64,000 bases of DNA, taken from Octopus vulgaris. Its lineage: Eukaryota. The position numbers and the translations under genes were made by a program. Numbering within the stretch: position 1 is the stretch's first letter; every line of letters starts with the position of its first letter. The stretch lies in assembly GCA_951406725.2 (NCBI GenBank), contig OX597817.1, positions 85,684,001 to 85,748,000 on the forward strand, read 5' to 3'. The notes below the pieces were generated by a model, which was not told where the DNA came from, did not search any database, and saw only the letters and a program-made list of their open reading frames with translations. Shown piece after piece: positions 25,361-38,189 of the stretch.

Positions 25361-25648
25361 AGATACAATAAGAGGTTTCCAAATAGGAAAGCCTTGTGCT
25401 AGAAAGAGCAGTAGAAAACTCAAAACCACTCAAAATCGAAAGGCTGTCCCACTAATGAAACTGGCCTTCAGCAAATATTTTTTTGCTGGAAATAGTTAGA
25501 AACCATGGTCTAGGAAATAATTGAGATGGTAAACTCAATTTTAATTTTCATTCCTTTCGAAAATTTATCCTTATTTATTGGTTTTGAGTTTTCTACTGCT
25601 CTTTCTAGCACAAGGCTTTCCTATTTGGAAGCCTCTTATTGTATTTCT
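25361..25648. repeat. Inverted repeat (~68-bp arms) enclosing a degenerate hammerhead
   Basis: atacaataagaggtttccaaatagg...ctcaaaacca / tggttttgag...cctatttggaagcctcttattgtat; the spacer contains CTAATGA...GAAACcatgGTC. Confidence 0.8.
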
Positions 25649-25739
25649 ATGTGAATAATATATAGTCTAATGACTAATTTTTTTTGTGCTAGGCCACTGG
25701 TAATAATAATTTTCTTATTACCCTATTGTTATTTATTAT

Positions 25740-25780
<41 letters not shown>

Positions 25781-26582
25781 TGCGCTCGTGTGCGCGTACA
25801 CACATCCTACACACACAGATACATATATATACAATGCACCTCTTTCAGTTTTCACATAACTAAATCAATTCACACAGCTCTGCTCAACCCAAAGCTATAT
25901 TAGAAACCACTTGCCCAAGGTGCCATACACTGGGACTAAACTCAAGACCACATGGCTGGAGTAAAGGGAAGAAAGAATTTTGTTACAACATGTAGATAGC
26001 TTTTTATTTCAGGAACAAAAAAAGAGAACCTTAATGCTATAGAACATGACTGAACCAGTTAAGGATCATTCTACTTTTTATCTTTTAAATATTTGATTTG
26101 TTAAGAGCTTAAGCACAATCAACAAAATTAATGGTGAACCCCTTGTAGAATTGGATGTTTTGATAACCTCTTCAGTCATCAAATACAGAACATTTGTTAA
26201 CTAAAATCTATTCAACAGTCACTTTGAGTTGAACTTTTCAAATCTTGATTCAATCATGTGAATTAAACATTTGAATTTCAGTAACTGTATGTAAAACCAG
26301 AACCCACCATGTGGAGATAAATATATACATTTCTGATTAATTCTCCTTTAAAACATAAGCTAATAAATTAATTTCACAACCTAAACTGTCAAATTTGATC
26401 GACCTAAAGTCTCAAGTTTGATATTAATCCATTATTTTTGTTTACATATCACTAAAATATATTCCTTAAAATTTTATTTTATGAAAAGTGTATTATCTAA
26501 CATATTTTGACACATTTTTCACTCCAATGGATTTAATATTCAATGGCCCTCAACTGTTTCTCTTTTTATTAATTATTTTTAG

Positions 26583-28620
26583 GGTCCAGTTTTTATGACT
26601 GTTGATGGAGCAAAGAAGATGCCTAGAGTTGAAACCCTCTCTTCCAATACAGAAGCAAAATATTTTACTATAAGTGAACCAGAGAGTCCTGGAATCTCTG
26701 ACAGAGATAGTATAATGTCTGAAAATTTAATAACAAAGACAGATTTTGGAGTAGCCCATGCCAGCACTGGAACAAAAAAAGGAGCTGACACTAAAATATC
26801 CCTTGGAATCTCTGATAGTGATAGCCAAATGTCTGAAAGCTTGATAACAAAGACAGATTTTGGAGTAGCCCATTCCAGCATTGGAACAAAAAAAGGGGTT
26901 GACACTAAAATATCCCTTGGAATCTCAGATAGTGATAGCCAAATGTCTGAAAGCTTGATAACAGAGACAGATTTTGGAGTAGCCCACTCCAGCATTGGAA
27001 CAAAAAAAGGAGCTGACACTAAAATACCCCTTGGAATCTCTGATAGTGATAGCCAAATGTCTGAAAGCTTAATAACAAAGACAGATTTTGGAGTAGCCCA
27101 TTCTGGCATTGAAACAAGAAAAGGGGTTGACACTAAAATACCCCTTGGAATCTCTGATAGTGATAGCCAAATGTCTGAAAGCTTGATAACAGAGACAGAT
27201 TTTGGAGTAGCCCACTCCAGCATTGGAACAATAAAAGGAGCTGACACTAAAATACCCCTTGGAATCTCTGATAGTGATAGCCAAATGTCTGAAAGCTTAA
27301 TAACAAAGACAGATTTTGGAGTAGCCCATTCTGGCATTGAAACAAGAAAAGGAGTTGACACTAAAATACCCCTTGGAATCTCTGATAGTGATAGCCAAAT
27401 GTCTGAAAGCTTGATAACAAAGACAGATTTTGGAGTAGCCCATTCCGGCATTGAAACAAGAAAAGGAGTTGACACTAAAATACCCCTTGGAATCTCAGAT
27501 AGTGATAGCCAAATGTCTGAAAGCTTAATAACAGAGACAGATTTTGGAGTAGCCCATTCTGGCATTGAAACAAGAAAAGGAGTTGACACTAAAATACCCC
27601 TTGGAATCTCAGATAGTGATAGCCAAATGTCTGAAAGCTTGATAACAAAGACAGATTTTGGAGTAGCCCATTCCGGCATTGAAACAAGAAAAGGAGTTGA
27701 CACTAAAATACCCCTTAGAATCTCAGATAGTGATAGCCAAATTTCTGAAAGCTTAATAACAGAGACAGATTTTGGAGTAGCCCATTCTGGCATTGAAACA
27801 AGAAAAGGAGTTGACACTAAAATACCCCTTGGAATCTCAGATAGTGATAGCAAAATGTCTGAAAGCTTAATAACAAAGACAGATTTTGGAGTAGCCCATT
27901 CCGGCATTGAAATAAGAAAAGGAGTTGACACTAAAATATCCCTTGGAATCTCTGATAGTGATAGCAAAATGTCTGAGAACTTCATAACAAAGACAAATGT
28001 TGGAGTAGCCCATTCCAGCATTGGAACAAGAAATGGGTCTGACACTAAAATATCTCATGATATTTTAACACAAAAATCTGATACTGAACTGGCATTCTTT
28101 AACACTAAATCAACAGATGTAGATATAACACCAGTATATGATGATGTCTTAAACACTCAGCCTAAAGTAACACCTGCTAATATGAATGAAGTATATGACG
28201 ATATCTTAAACACTCAGCCTAAAGTAACACCTGCTAATATGAATGAAGTATATGACGATATCTTAAACACTCAGCCTAAAGTAACACCTGCTAATATGAA
28301 TGAAGTATATGATGATGTTCTAGACATTAAAGATGAAAAAATACATGATGTTAGTGACTGGACAAAAATTGGAAGTGAACCACTATATGCTAGTATAAGA
28401 AGTGTCCAAGATAAAAAACCTGCATACACAGCTATAGATTCACTAAATACTGCCCCTGAGGAAACATACAGTTATATTACTGAACATGATTATGAGGATG
28501 TCGAGAGAATGAAAGCATCAAGAGAAATGAAAATAGATAAAAATGAAGGGTTTCCAAATAGAAAAGAAGAATCCTCTGGTGATAATGAAACAGACAGTGA
28601 TACAGAATATGAATATATCA
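26583..28620 (+). CDS. Large internal coding exon (~679 aa) of an unidentified protein: low-complexity tandem repeats plus a tyrosine-motif cluster
   Basis: A 2-kb open frame that continues through non-repetitive flanks. Acceptor ttatttttAG|GGT (phase 0); donor ATCA|GTAAAT (phase 1), after which the sequence becomes T-rich and intron-like. Confidence 0.75.
26691..28056 (+). repeat. Coding minisatellite: 12 x 114 bp (38 aa, GISDSDSQMSESLITKTDFGVAHSGIETRKGVDTKIPL)
   Basis: Unit starts recur every 114 bp from 26691 to 27945; no indels. Confidence 0.95.
28134..28321 (+). repeat. Coding repeat: ~3.3 x 57 bp (19 aa, VYDD[VI]LNTQPKVTPANMNE)
   Basis: gtatatga starts at 28134, 28191, 28248 and 28305. 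Confidence 0.95.
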
Positions 28621-28964
28621 GTAAATATTTTCAGTTTTATTTATTTTTATATCAAAGTTAACACAATATTCAACATGGAATTTTCTTGTTCAAATTGTTC
28701 TTATATTGCCTGTTATTTTCTTGTAAATATTTCATTAGACTTCTTTAAGATGTGTGTGTGTAAGCAAATTCATGAACAAAAACTACAGGAAAAAATAACA
28801 AAAGTCAGTTGGACATAGTAAGTATATTAGATAAATGTTCAGTGAAAGTTTTAGATGGAAAAATAAGAGTAGAAATGATATTTCAAGCATGGCTCTTTGC
28901 CAGATAAAGGGAAAGGTCCAGAGAACAGGTAAAGGAGACAGGAGCAAATAGTCCAAAGAAAAGC

Positions 28965-29956
28965 ACATATGTTGTTATGTGACTCCTTTACCTGCACCTC
29001 TAGCAATGTCATTTCCTGCATCTCCTGCTCTTTCTGCCCTTCTCTGTACATCAGATGGGATGCCACTTGGTTGACTTGTTCGCAGGGCACCTCCAAGACA
29101 TTAGACTTGGCAATGACACCCCAGTTTCGTGCCATTTCCGCTCTACTGGTCATTCATTACAACACCTGTCTGTGTTCAAATTGTCTTTGCTCAGGGGCCA
29201 TCCAGACTCCTTCATGAACAAGAATTAATCTTCTCTCTTCACTCCTTTGTGCCACATGAGCTCGACTCTCTTCCCCTTTTCATCTGACTCTCCTCCTCTC
29301 CTCTCTTCATCTGACACTTACTTCCTCTCTCTCCACTCCTGCCCCTCTCCTCTCCTCTCTTGCCCTAACACCTACTTCCTCTCTTCACTCCTACCCACCT
29401 TCTCCCTTCATTGATACCCCCATCCACACACTCCCACATAATCCACCCATACCCCCACACCTCCAAATCTTCACCCCCAAACCCACACTGCCACACCACA
29501 CACCACACCACCACACCACATCATACCACCCCATACCACTCTGCACACTAGCACTAACCACTTACCAGTACCCACACCATCATCCACACACCCACACATT
29601 ACTGACGCACACACATCCACATGTCAAAGTCACCAGCCCCTATCCAGACACACACACTTACACACTCTCACATACACAAGCATGCGCACCTTCATTTTGG
29701 GATCGCCAGTACTTTATTATCGTCCCTTCTTCTTAGCTCTCCTATCCAACTACCTGTTTCTAACCAATCGCCTTGATTGCCCACTGAATTCACAAGTTTA
29801 TTTTTATTCTCTTTCTGTTTATTTCCTCGTGTTTCTTTCTGTTTAAGAGCATAGGCTTGAAATGTAAAAAACTTTCTCACCATCCCGAGCATCAAACTAA
29901 TACACATTCTTGTTGTTTATACACCTGTCTTCATCTTTTGTTTTTCTGTAAATTTC

Positions 29957-29960
<4 letters not shown>
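28965..29960 (+). mobile_element. 3' end of a Penelope-like element (GIY-YIG remnant, C-rich UTR, terminal repeat)
   Basis: SFTCTSSNVISCISCSFCPSLYI, then after a frameshift LFAGHLQDIRLGNDTPVSCHFRSTGH; followed by CT/CA-rich low-complexity sequence ending in a TA run. Confidence 0.75.
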
Positions 29961-30035
<75 letters not shown>

Positions 30036-30299
30036 CATACATATATATATATTTAAATGTATGTGTATTTTTCAATGTGTACAAATAACAAGGAAAAAAA
30101 AAATAAATAGTTACCAGGGTAGCAAAAATTCACATAAGTACCAAGGATATTACAGCCTACTTATAAAGGTAGAAATTCCTGGGTTAAGTGAAATGGTTTT
30201 GTATAACATGGATAAATAAATAAATGGGGTCAAACACAGGTGTTATTCAAATGATTTGAATAACACCTGCATTTGACTCGATTTCTTAATTTTTTTATA

Positions 30300-30343
<44 letters not shown>

Positions 30344-30344
30344 T

Positions 30345-31600
30345 CTTTCTTTTATTCTTTTATTTGTTTCAGTCATTTGACTGCAGCCATGCTGGAGCAC
30401 CACATTGAAGGGTTTTATTCAGAGAAATCAACCTCCAAAATTTTTTAAAGCCCTGTTCTTATTCTATCAGTCTCTTTGGCTGAACTGCTAAGTTATGGGG
30501 ACATAAACACACTGACACTGATTGTCAAGCAATGATTTGGGGAAAAAAACTGACTCAAAAACAAACACACACAGATATATGCCAGTATATATATACAGTG
30601 AAGCTTTACTATAGCGTCATATATTATCAACTGCTAATTCCAGTAAACATTGGTACATTGTTGTACCATTATTCTATATATATATATATATATATATACG
30701 TATAAAAATTATATATAAAGAAACAAGAACGTAAAATACACAAAGGGACGAACACAGAAAACAGACGGGTCAATAGAAGCCTTTAATCTTCAGTCAGAAA
30801 CCGGATCATCATAGCAAATTTCGGCTGATTAATTCTGATATTTGCTCCAAGGAAAAACTAAGCTGTGAGCATTAGATTTCTTGGAAAAAGGAACGAATGT
30901 AAACGCAACAAGGACAGAAAAACGGACGAAGCCACACGAATAAATACAAAAAACGAAAACAAAAATAAGAATAAAAACAAGAATGGTAATAACAGGATAA
31001 CAGCAGGTGTCTTACGATTTTAGACAAATTGAGACAAATTTAACTTATCTAGCAGGCATGTTATATACAATGGATGTCTTTCAGTTACCAACTACCAAAT
31101 CCATTCACAAGGCTTTGGTCAAACTGAGGCTATAGTAGAAGACACTTACCCAAGGTGTCACACAATGGGTCTGAACCCAGAAGTATGTGGTTGGGAAGCA
31201 AGTTTCTTACCACACAGCTAAGCTTGCTTCCCAACCACATGGTTCTGGGTTCAGGTCCACTGCTTAGCACCTTGGGCAAGTGTCTTCTACTATAGCCTTG
31301 GGCTGACTAAAGCCTTGTGAGTAAATTTGGTAGACGCTAATTGAAAGAAGCCCTTCGTATACATATTATATGTATGTATTTATGTGTGCACTTTGTGTTT
31401 GTGTTTGTCCCCCCCACCATCACTTAACAACTGATGTTGGTGTGTTTATGTCCCCATAACATAGCAGTTCTGAAAAGTGACTGATAGCATAAGTACTAGT
31501 CTTACAAAGAATAAGTCCTGGGGCTGGTTGCTTCAACTAAAAACCCTTCAAGATGGTGCTCCAGCATGGCCACAGTCAAAATGACTGAAAGAAGTAAAAG

Positions 31601-31601
<1 letters not shown>
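30345..31601. mobile_element. Head-to-head CORE-type SINE pair: interrupted minus copy (30345-31221) and plus copy (31222-31601)
   Basis: Family head and tail motifs in opposite orientations meet at ~31221. Confidence 0.7.
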
Positions 31602-31684
<83 letters not shown>

Positions 31685-32682
31685 TATATAGATCAGCATG
31701 TGTGTGTGTGTGTAAGAATTAAAACCTACCACAGGCTATCTTACATCACAATATTTGAATTTCATTTCATTCTTTTACTGATTCCAGTCATAGGCTTGCA
31801 ACTGTGCCGGGGAACCACTCTAAAGAAACTTATTTCAGTCTAATAGTCATTTTATCAATCTGTATTGGATGGCTAAATTGATTTTTAACATAAAAGGCTG
31901 GAAGTTTTACAAAACCAAGCACACACATATAACAGTGGTGCCCCTGCGCACTTGCTGCTCTCAAGCTGAAACTAGTAGAAAATATATAAATAGATATACA
32001 AACAGGCTTTTGTAATGCTTGCATTTGGAAAAGTATAAATTTTACATTTCATAAGGCTTAAACCAGTGATCAGCAGAGTGGTAATATTGACCCCTGGGAT
32101 CTATGTGGCTATTCAAGGGATTGATAAACACCGGGAATGATTCTGGGCATTAAGGGTGCTGAATTATATTAACAAACTGAATCTTGAAGAGCATAGTGAT
32201 TTAAAGCTAAGATTTGCTCATTTCCAACCATATATCAATACAATAACTAGTATTCACCAGATATATATTTCTCATTTAATATGACTGAATTTTTATTATT
32301 CTTTATCAATATTGTTAAGTATTATCATTAGATTTCTTTTAATATTTCTTATTAAAAAGCAGTAATGACACAAAGAATGAAGAAATTATTGCCTATAAAT
32401 CAAGAACATTTTATTAATTATACGTATTAATTTTATTTTTTTTTAAATTTATTTGATGCGAGTCAATAACTTATCAATGATTCCACGAAGGGATCTATGA
32501 TATAAGAAATGTTGATCCCTGGGCTGAGCCATAGTCACCTTAGTCTTAAACTTTTAGTATTTTAGTCTTTTAGATATCTTAGCTTACACATTTATTACAT
32601 CAACCATTTTTAACTTCATCATTATATTATGAACAAACCAAAATACAACTCCTCATTCATTATTGTTTCTTTTTCCTTTCAG

Positions 32683-32774
32683 TTACACATAAAACTACAA
32701 AAAATGAAAAAGAATTGTCAAGAAATGATTTGACTTTAACACCAGGAAATAATGAACTGAAAGAGACCAGACAG
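32683..32774 (+). CDS. Probable internal exon following the large exon: (I)THKTTKNEKELSRNDLTLTPGNNELKETRQ
   Basis: Strong acceptor gtttctttttcctttcAG; open in the phase-1 frame required by the 28620 donor; donor CAG|GTATAG (phase 0). Confidence 0.6.
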
Positions 32775-33014
32775 GTATAGTGATAAAATTATTTCTTTAT
32801 TGCTAAAATATCAGAGGCATTTAATTGCATGCCTTTATGCACTGAATTTAAATCCTACCCAGGTCAGTTCTGCCTTTTCTGTTTTCAAGAGCAATAAAAT
32901 AAGCACCAAACGAAGTACTGAAGTCAGAATAATTGACAAAAACTCTTGAAGGTAGAGCCCCAATATGGCTATAGTCTAATGACAACTGAGAATAAATGAG
33001 TAGAAAAATCTGGA

Positions 33015-33435
33015 AGGATTGCAGCTTGATGTCTGTATTAAGCTTAGTATTGCTGATGGAGGCCTGTGCTAGCCCTTATATAGCAGCTGAGGGTCTATAT
33101 TAGCCACAGGATTGCAGCTGAGGACTTGTATTAGCACTACTATTTCAGCTTGAGGCATGTGCTAGCCCTAGTATTGCAGATGGCAGCTCATGTTAAACCC
33201 AGTATTGCAACTGGAGGCCTGTGTTCAACTCAGTATTGCAGATGGCAGCCTGTATTAGTCCCAGTATTGCAACTGGAGGCTTGTGTTAACACCAGTATTG
33301 TAACAGAAAGTCTGTATTAATACAAGTCTTGCAGACAGAGACTTGGGTTAATATTACAGATGAAGGTCTTTTTATTGCAACTGGAGGCCTGTGTTAGCCT
33401 CAGTATTGCAGCTGGGAACTTGTATTAACCCTGCA
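33015..33435. repeat. 31-bp minisatellite (~13 degenerate copies)
   Basis: Unit approximately agtattgcaactggaggcctgtgttagcccc. Confidence 0.85.
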
Positions 33436-35554
33436 GAAACTTGATCTGGTTTATTAATCATGACACTAAGACAAGGTGTTGCCTTAGGCCCTCTGTGGTT
33501 TGCATCAGTTTAATTGTAAACTGAGCTGTTTTCACCAAGAGTTTCAGAAACACAGCTTATTGTTTATAGTAAATTCATAGGAAAATGAGAAATAAGATGT
33601 GGAAGGGAAACTGCAACAAGTTGAAGAGAAATACATAGAACAATGGAATACAAATTTGGCAGATACACATTATAGAGATAGATGGTAGGGGGGGGGGAGA
33701 AAGAGTTGGGGACAGACTAGGAGAGAGAGTGAGAGGTAAAATAAGAGAGAGAAAGAATAAGAGAGAGTGTGAGAGGAGGACAGTAATATTGGCTGTTTAC
33801 AGTGAGTGTAGACAGTGAGACTTATTTGACCTACACAGGTCCAGTAATTTACAAAGGTTATATGTTTTGAGATTGGCATAGAAGTAATCATTTGATTACT
33901 GCTAATATGGCCATCAGAAAGATGGACATGAGCAGGTAAACATGATAATTTGTTATTCAAGCATTGACAGAGAATGACAATAATAAATACATAAAAGACA
34001 CTGAACTGTCTTTTATGTTGAAATAGAAGAATAATGGAGAAAATAAAACAAGACTAATTGTTGTTTTACCAGCAATCTAAAAAAAGAAAAAAAAATTATA
34101 ATCTGTCTTGTTTTGGATGTACAACATAAACTAGAGCGATAAGTCAAATACAAGTGGATGTAAAAGTGACTTGATATCAGACATTTCATGCAACCAATGA
34201 ATCTAAGAATGAGATGATGGTGGTGGTGGTGGTGGTGGTTGCGGTGGCGGCGGCAACGCCGATGATGATGATGACATGATGATAATGATTGAGCCAAGTA
34301 ATTTAAGTGGATCTTATGCTGGCTTAAAGCTCCTTGAGATGATAGATAAAGTTAAAGGAAAAAACAAAATGGCTTCTGTTGAGAGAGTTAGATCAAAACA
34401 GAAAATTTGAATTCTGCCAACAAGATAACAAAAGGTCAAAATTTCATAAAAATATATTTTAGCCATCTAATCCTCCTTACAGATGTTCCCATGGTAATCA
34501 AAAAGAGTGTTAGATATAACAGGAATATTAATGGTGATAGGACATGAAGACCATGTTATTGATGACAAACAAAAAAATGATGACATGTTATTAATGTCTG
34601 AACCAAAAATGTCTAATCTAAAATATTCTTTTATTTGGATTGTCTTAAACTCTACATTAGAGTCTGGACACTTAATAAACCAACAAAGAGAGGAAACTGG
34701 AGAAAGTAAAACAAGATTAATTATTGTTTTACCAGCAATCTAACAAAAGAGAAAAAGACAAGCTACAATCCATCTTGTTTGTTACATATGAGATGTTAAA
34801 TTTTGTGTTTTGGTTGTACATATAATCCCTTTTTCTTAGACCAACTACTATTCTCGATTCTTCTTCCCCCAAACATTGTCTCTTTGGGATCTCCTTCCCT
34901 CTCATGCCTTTCCTGCAAGTTTTGACCTGTAACAGTTTAAACAGAACACTTCATCCTGTCTCAGAGGGTGTGTGAGGATTATTATGGGTTCTGGTCCTCC
35001 TCCAGACTCAATAAGTAAAAAAAATTCTCTTTAATAATAGAATTGTTAATTTTGCAAGCTTTTCTTCTTCATGTTTATTTCTATTTAAAATAACTATTTT
35101 ATAGAAAAAATTAAATTTACATCATAAAATACTAAATTTTGCCATAATAATGGTTAAGGGATTGGCTTTCTATCCCAAATATTCATTAGTGTGGACATTG
35201 CATATTGGCCTCCAAATAAGACATATTGGTATACTTGACTCAAGAAAGCTAGAGGAAAAGTACTTTTTGTACTTTATGTTTGGTTGGCTAACCATACACA
35301 TCAGCGGGTTTAAACTTGCTGACATATCAGGTCAACAAACCAAATGGAACCACAGTAAGGAATGTATTTCCTGTTTCTTTCACATAAATTAACATATATT
35401 TAAGATTTTGGAAATGGAAGCTGAAAGAAGACGTTTGTATAGATAGGTAGATTGATAGGAAGATAGATAGACAAACAGACGGAGATGTAAATATATATGT
35501 ATGTGCATGTATATAATGTACAGGAGGGCATACATGAAAGTACAGTTCTCAGTC

Positions 35555-36175
35555 CCCTCCTATTCATCATCATCCTCCAGGCCATAACAGAGGAATTCAA
35601 GACCGGCTGCCCCTGCTATGTGCTGATGACCTTGCTGTCATAGCATATTCTCTAACAGAACAAGAAAAGAAGTTCTTCGTGTGAAAACAAAACCTGGAAT
35701 TAAAGGGACTTAAGGTTGACTTAACAAACACTAAGCAAGAAAATGGACAGGACACTTCCACCATCAGATAAATGACCCTGCTTGATATGTAGGAAAAGTG
35801 TAGGTAGAAATTCTATTCAGTGTACCCAGTGCAAGCTATGGACACACAAGATGTGCAGTGGAATAATAGGAAGGTTATCAGAAAAGGTGGTGTTTGTACA
35901 TGGAAGATGCACAGGAACCATAAAAACTACAGATACTTGGGAAATTGATTTTTTTCAAATGCCCCAGAGGCTTTTTGGAGGTAGTGGATAATTTCTGCTA
36001 CCTAGGGGACCTAATTAGCAGAGCAGGAGGATTTTAAGAAAGTGTAATCACTAGAATAAGAATAGGACAGAGGAAATTCAGAGAGCTTTTACCGTTGTTG
36101 GCAACTAAAGGTCTTTCTCTCTCCAGATGTAGGGAAGATTGTATGATGCATGCATACTAACAGTAATGCTACAAG
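35555..36175 (+). mobile_element. RTE-clade LINE RT fragment (decayed)
   Basis: LCADDLAVIA (YADD-like), GLKVDLTNTK, Cys-rich insert CRKSVGRNSIQCTQCKLWTHKMCSG, FCYLGDLI. Confidence 0.75.
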
Positions 36176-36840
36176 GCACATATGTGTGTTTGTGTGTATG
36201 CATATATGTACATATATGTATAAAATGGCTGTAGATGGAACACCCTCCTATTTTCAGATCCTATTTTATTTATTTTTCTTAACCATGACATCTTTTCTAT
36301 ATTATATCCTAGAAGTATAAGGAATTTTTCGACGATTTAGGCAGTTTGCCATTTTAACAGTTGACATTTTTATTCCTATATTTATCAACCTCTCATTCGT
36401 TTTGCACTTCCTCTATTTATCTCACATAACTCTTTACATGTAATCTTTATTTATATGTAATTTTATAAGTATTTGTATATTTTTATATTTCTTCTATATT
36501 GTTATGTATGTTTGGTTTTATTCTTTATACCCTTAGAGAATCTTTACGCCTGTATTTGCATGATTTATGTTGATGTGTATAAATATATATGATTCAATTA
36601 CATTGATTGAATATTTTCATTTATGTATTCGGGAATCTGTTTGACTACCTACGATTTGCATTTTCAATTTCCTCTACTCTGTATTTTTTTGCATTGGCTC
36701 TCTATGAGCACTCCGTAAATAGCCCATAATTTCTATAACATATTTAATATTATATACATATATGTACATGTATGTGTGTGTGTGTGTGTGCGTGTGTGTA
36801 TGTATATGTACATGTGCATATGTATATATGTGTGTGTGTC

Positions 36841-36890
<50 letters not shown>

Positions 36891-36902
36891 TATACCTATA
36901 TA

Positions 36903-38189
36903 TTGGGTTGGCAACTAAGTTCCTACCATTTTTTTTTTATTTAAATTTTTTTAAAGGTTTAATAAAAATTAATAATTAATTAATCAATAAAGTATTGACC
37001 CTTGTTGTTTACAACTTCTTCCCAACATTCAACAAGATTTTCAATACCTCGTTGGTAGAAATCACTCGATTTTAACTCGAAAAATCGATCCAACCAAGCT
37101 CTCAATTCTGCACCAGTATTGAACGAAACTCCACACATAGCATTTGAAAGAGATCGAAAGAGGTAGAAATCCATTGGTGCCAAATCAGGAAAGTATGGTG
37201 GGTGTGGCAACACTTCCCAGCCAATTGTTTGAATGGCTTCCTTGGTCATATTGGCGATATGAGAGCGGGCGTTGTCGTGCAGCAGAAGAACTCCATGCTG
37301 ACGATTAGGTCTTTTCACTTGAATAGCCATGTTGAGACGTTCCATCTGTTAAACATAGAGTTCTGCATTGACCGTTTGGTTCCGTTCAAGCAATTCATAA
37401 TGGATAATCCCTTCCCAGTCCCACCATATGCACAACATTGTTTTACATGGATGAAGATCTTGTTTCACGCACGGTATTGCTTGTTTACCAGAGCTAAGCC
37501 ATTTCTTATATTGCTTCATATTGATGTACAGGCACCATTTTTCATCGCCAGTAATGATTTGGTAAAGAAATCATTGCTTGTATCCATGAGTTGAGCAGTG
37601 GCGAGCAAGCAAACCAGCAGAGATTGCGGCTTGTTGATTTTTGTTGTTGTCACTTAAAGCATGCGCCATACGTCTGAACTTTTCCCATTGAGTGAAGATG
37701 CTTCTCCATATCAGTGTGGGTGCATTCCATTTTCTCTGCCAGTTCCCATGCTGTTTGAAGAGAATTTTCATGCAAAAGTTGGTTTAATCACTCTTCATCA
37801 AACTCAACTGGATGGCCAGAATGAGGTGTGTCTTTGAGGTCAAAATTTCCATTTATGAACTTTGCGTACCAATCACAAGTGGTTATTTCAGCTATGGCAT
37901 CCTCCCCATACACACCACAAATGTTGCAAGCAACTTTTGTGGCCTTAGAACCTTGATTAAAAGCAAAAAGAAGGAGATGTTGAAAATGCTCATTTTTCTT
38001 AACTTGACATTCCATTTTAATGATCTGAAAATAAACAAAAATTAACTAAAATTAATTAGAAGAAAAACAAAATAGATTCCAAAATGATTCAAAAATAGAA
38101 TTCTCAAAAAAAAAATAGATTCCAAAATTTAAAAACGCAATAAATTCCAAAATTTAAAAAAAGCGATGGGAACTTAGTTGCCAACCCAA
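36903..38189 (-). mobile_element. Full-length (1287 bp) mariner element with a disrupted DD34D-type transposase (36980-38015)
   Basis: TIRs ttgggttggcaactaagttcc / ggaacttagttgccaacccaa with TA on both sides; HDNARSH and YFPDLAPMDFYLF motifs; stops and frameshifts. Confidence 0.92.

Noticed and set aside
26579-28045. 488-aa antisense ORF over the repeat exon
   Set aside because: It is almost confined to the 114-bp array; one stop-free unit repeated 12 times explains it. The plus frame extends into unique sequence and has splice signals.
26691-28056. Regular repeats as a CRISPR-like array (also considered for 33015-33435 and 46905-47985)
   Set aside because: The units are contiguous with no unique spacers, the context is eukaryotic, and there are no cas genes.
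29835-29872. Possible minimal hammerhead in the Penelope-like terminal repeat (tttaagagcataggcttgaaatgta)
   Set aside because: Both core boxes are mutated; too degenerate to call.
34482-34743. Acceptor cttacAG and the following 78-aa ORF as the next exon
   Set aside because: The phase-0 frame stops after four codons (MFPW*), and the longer ORF is in an incompatible frame.
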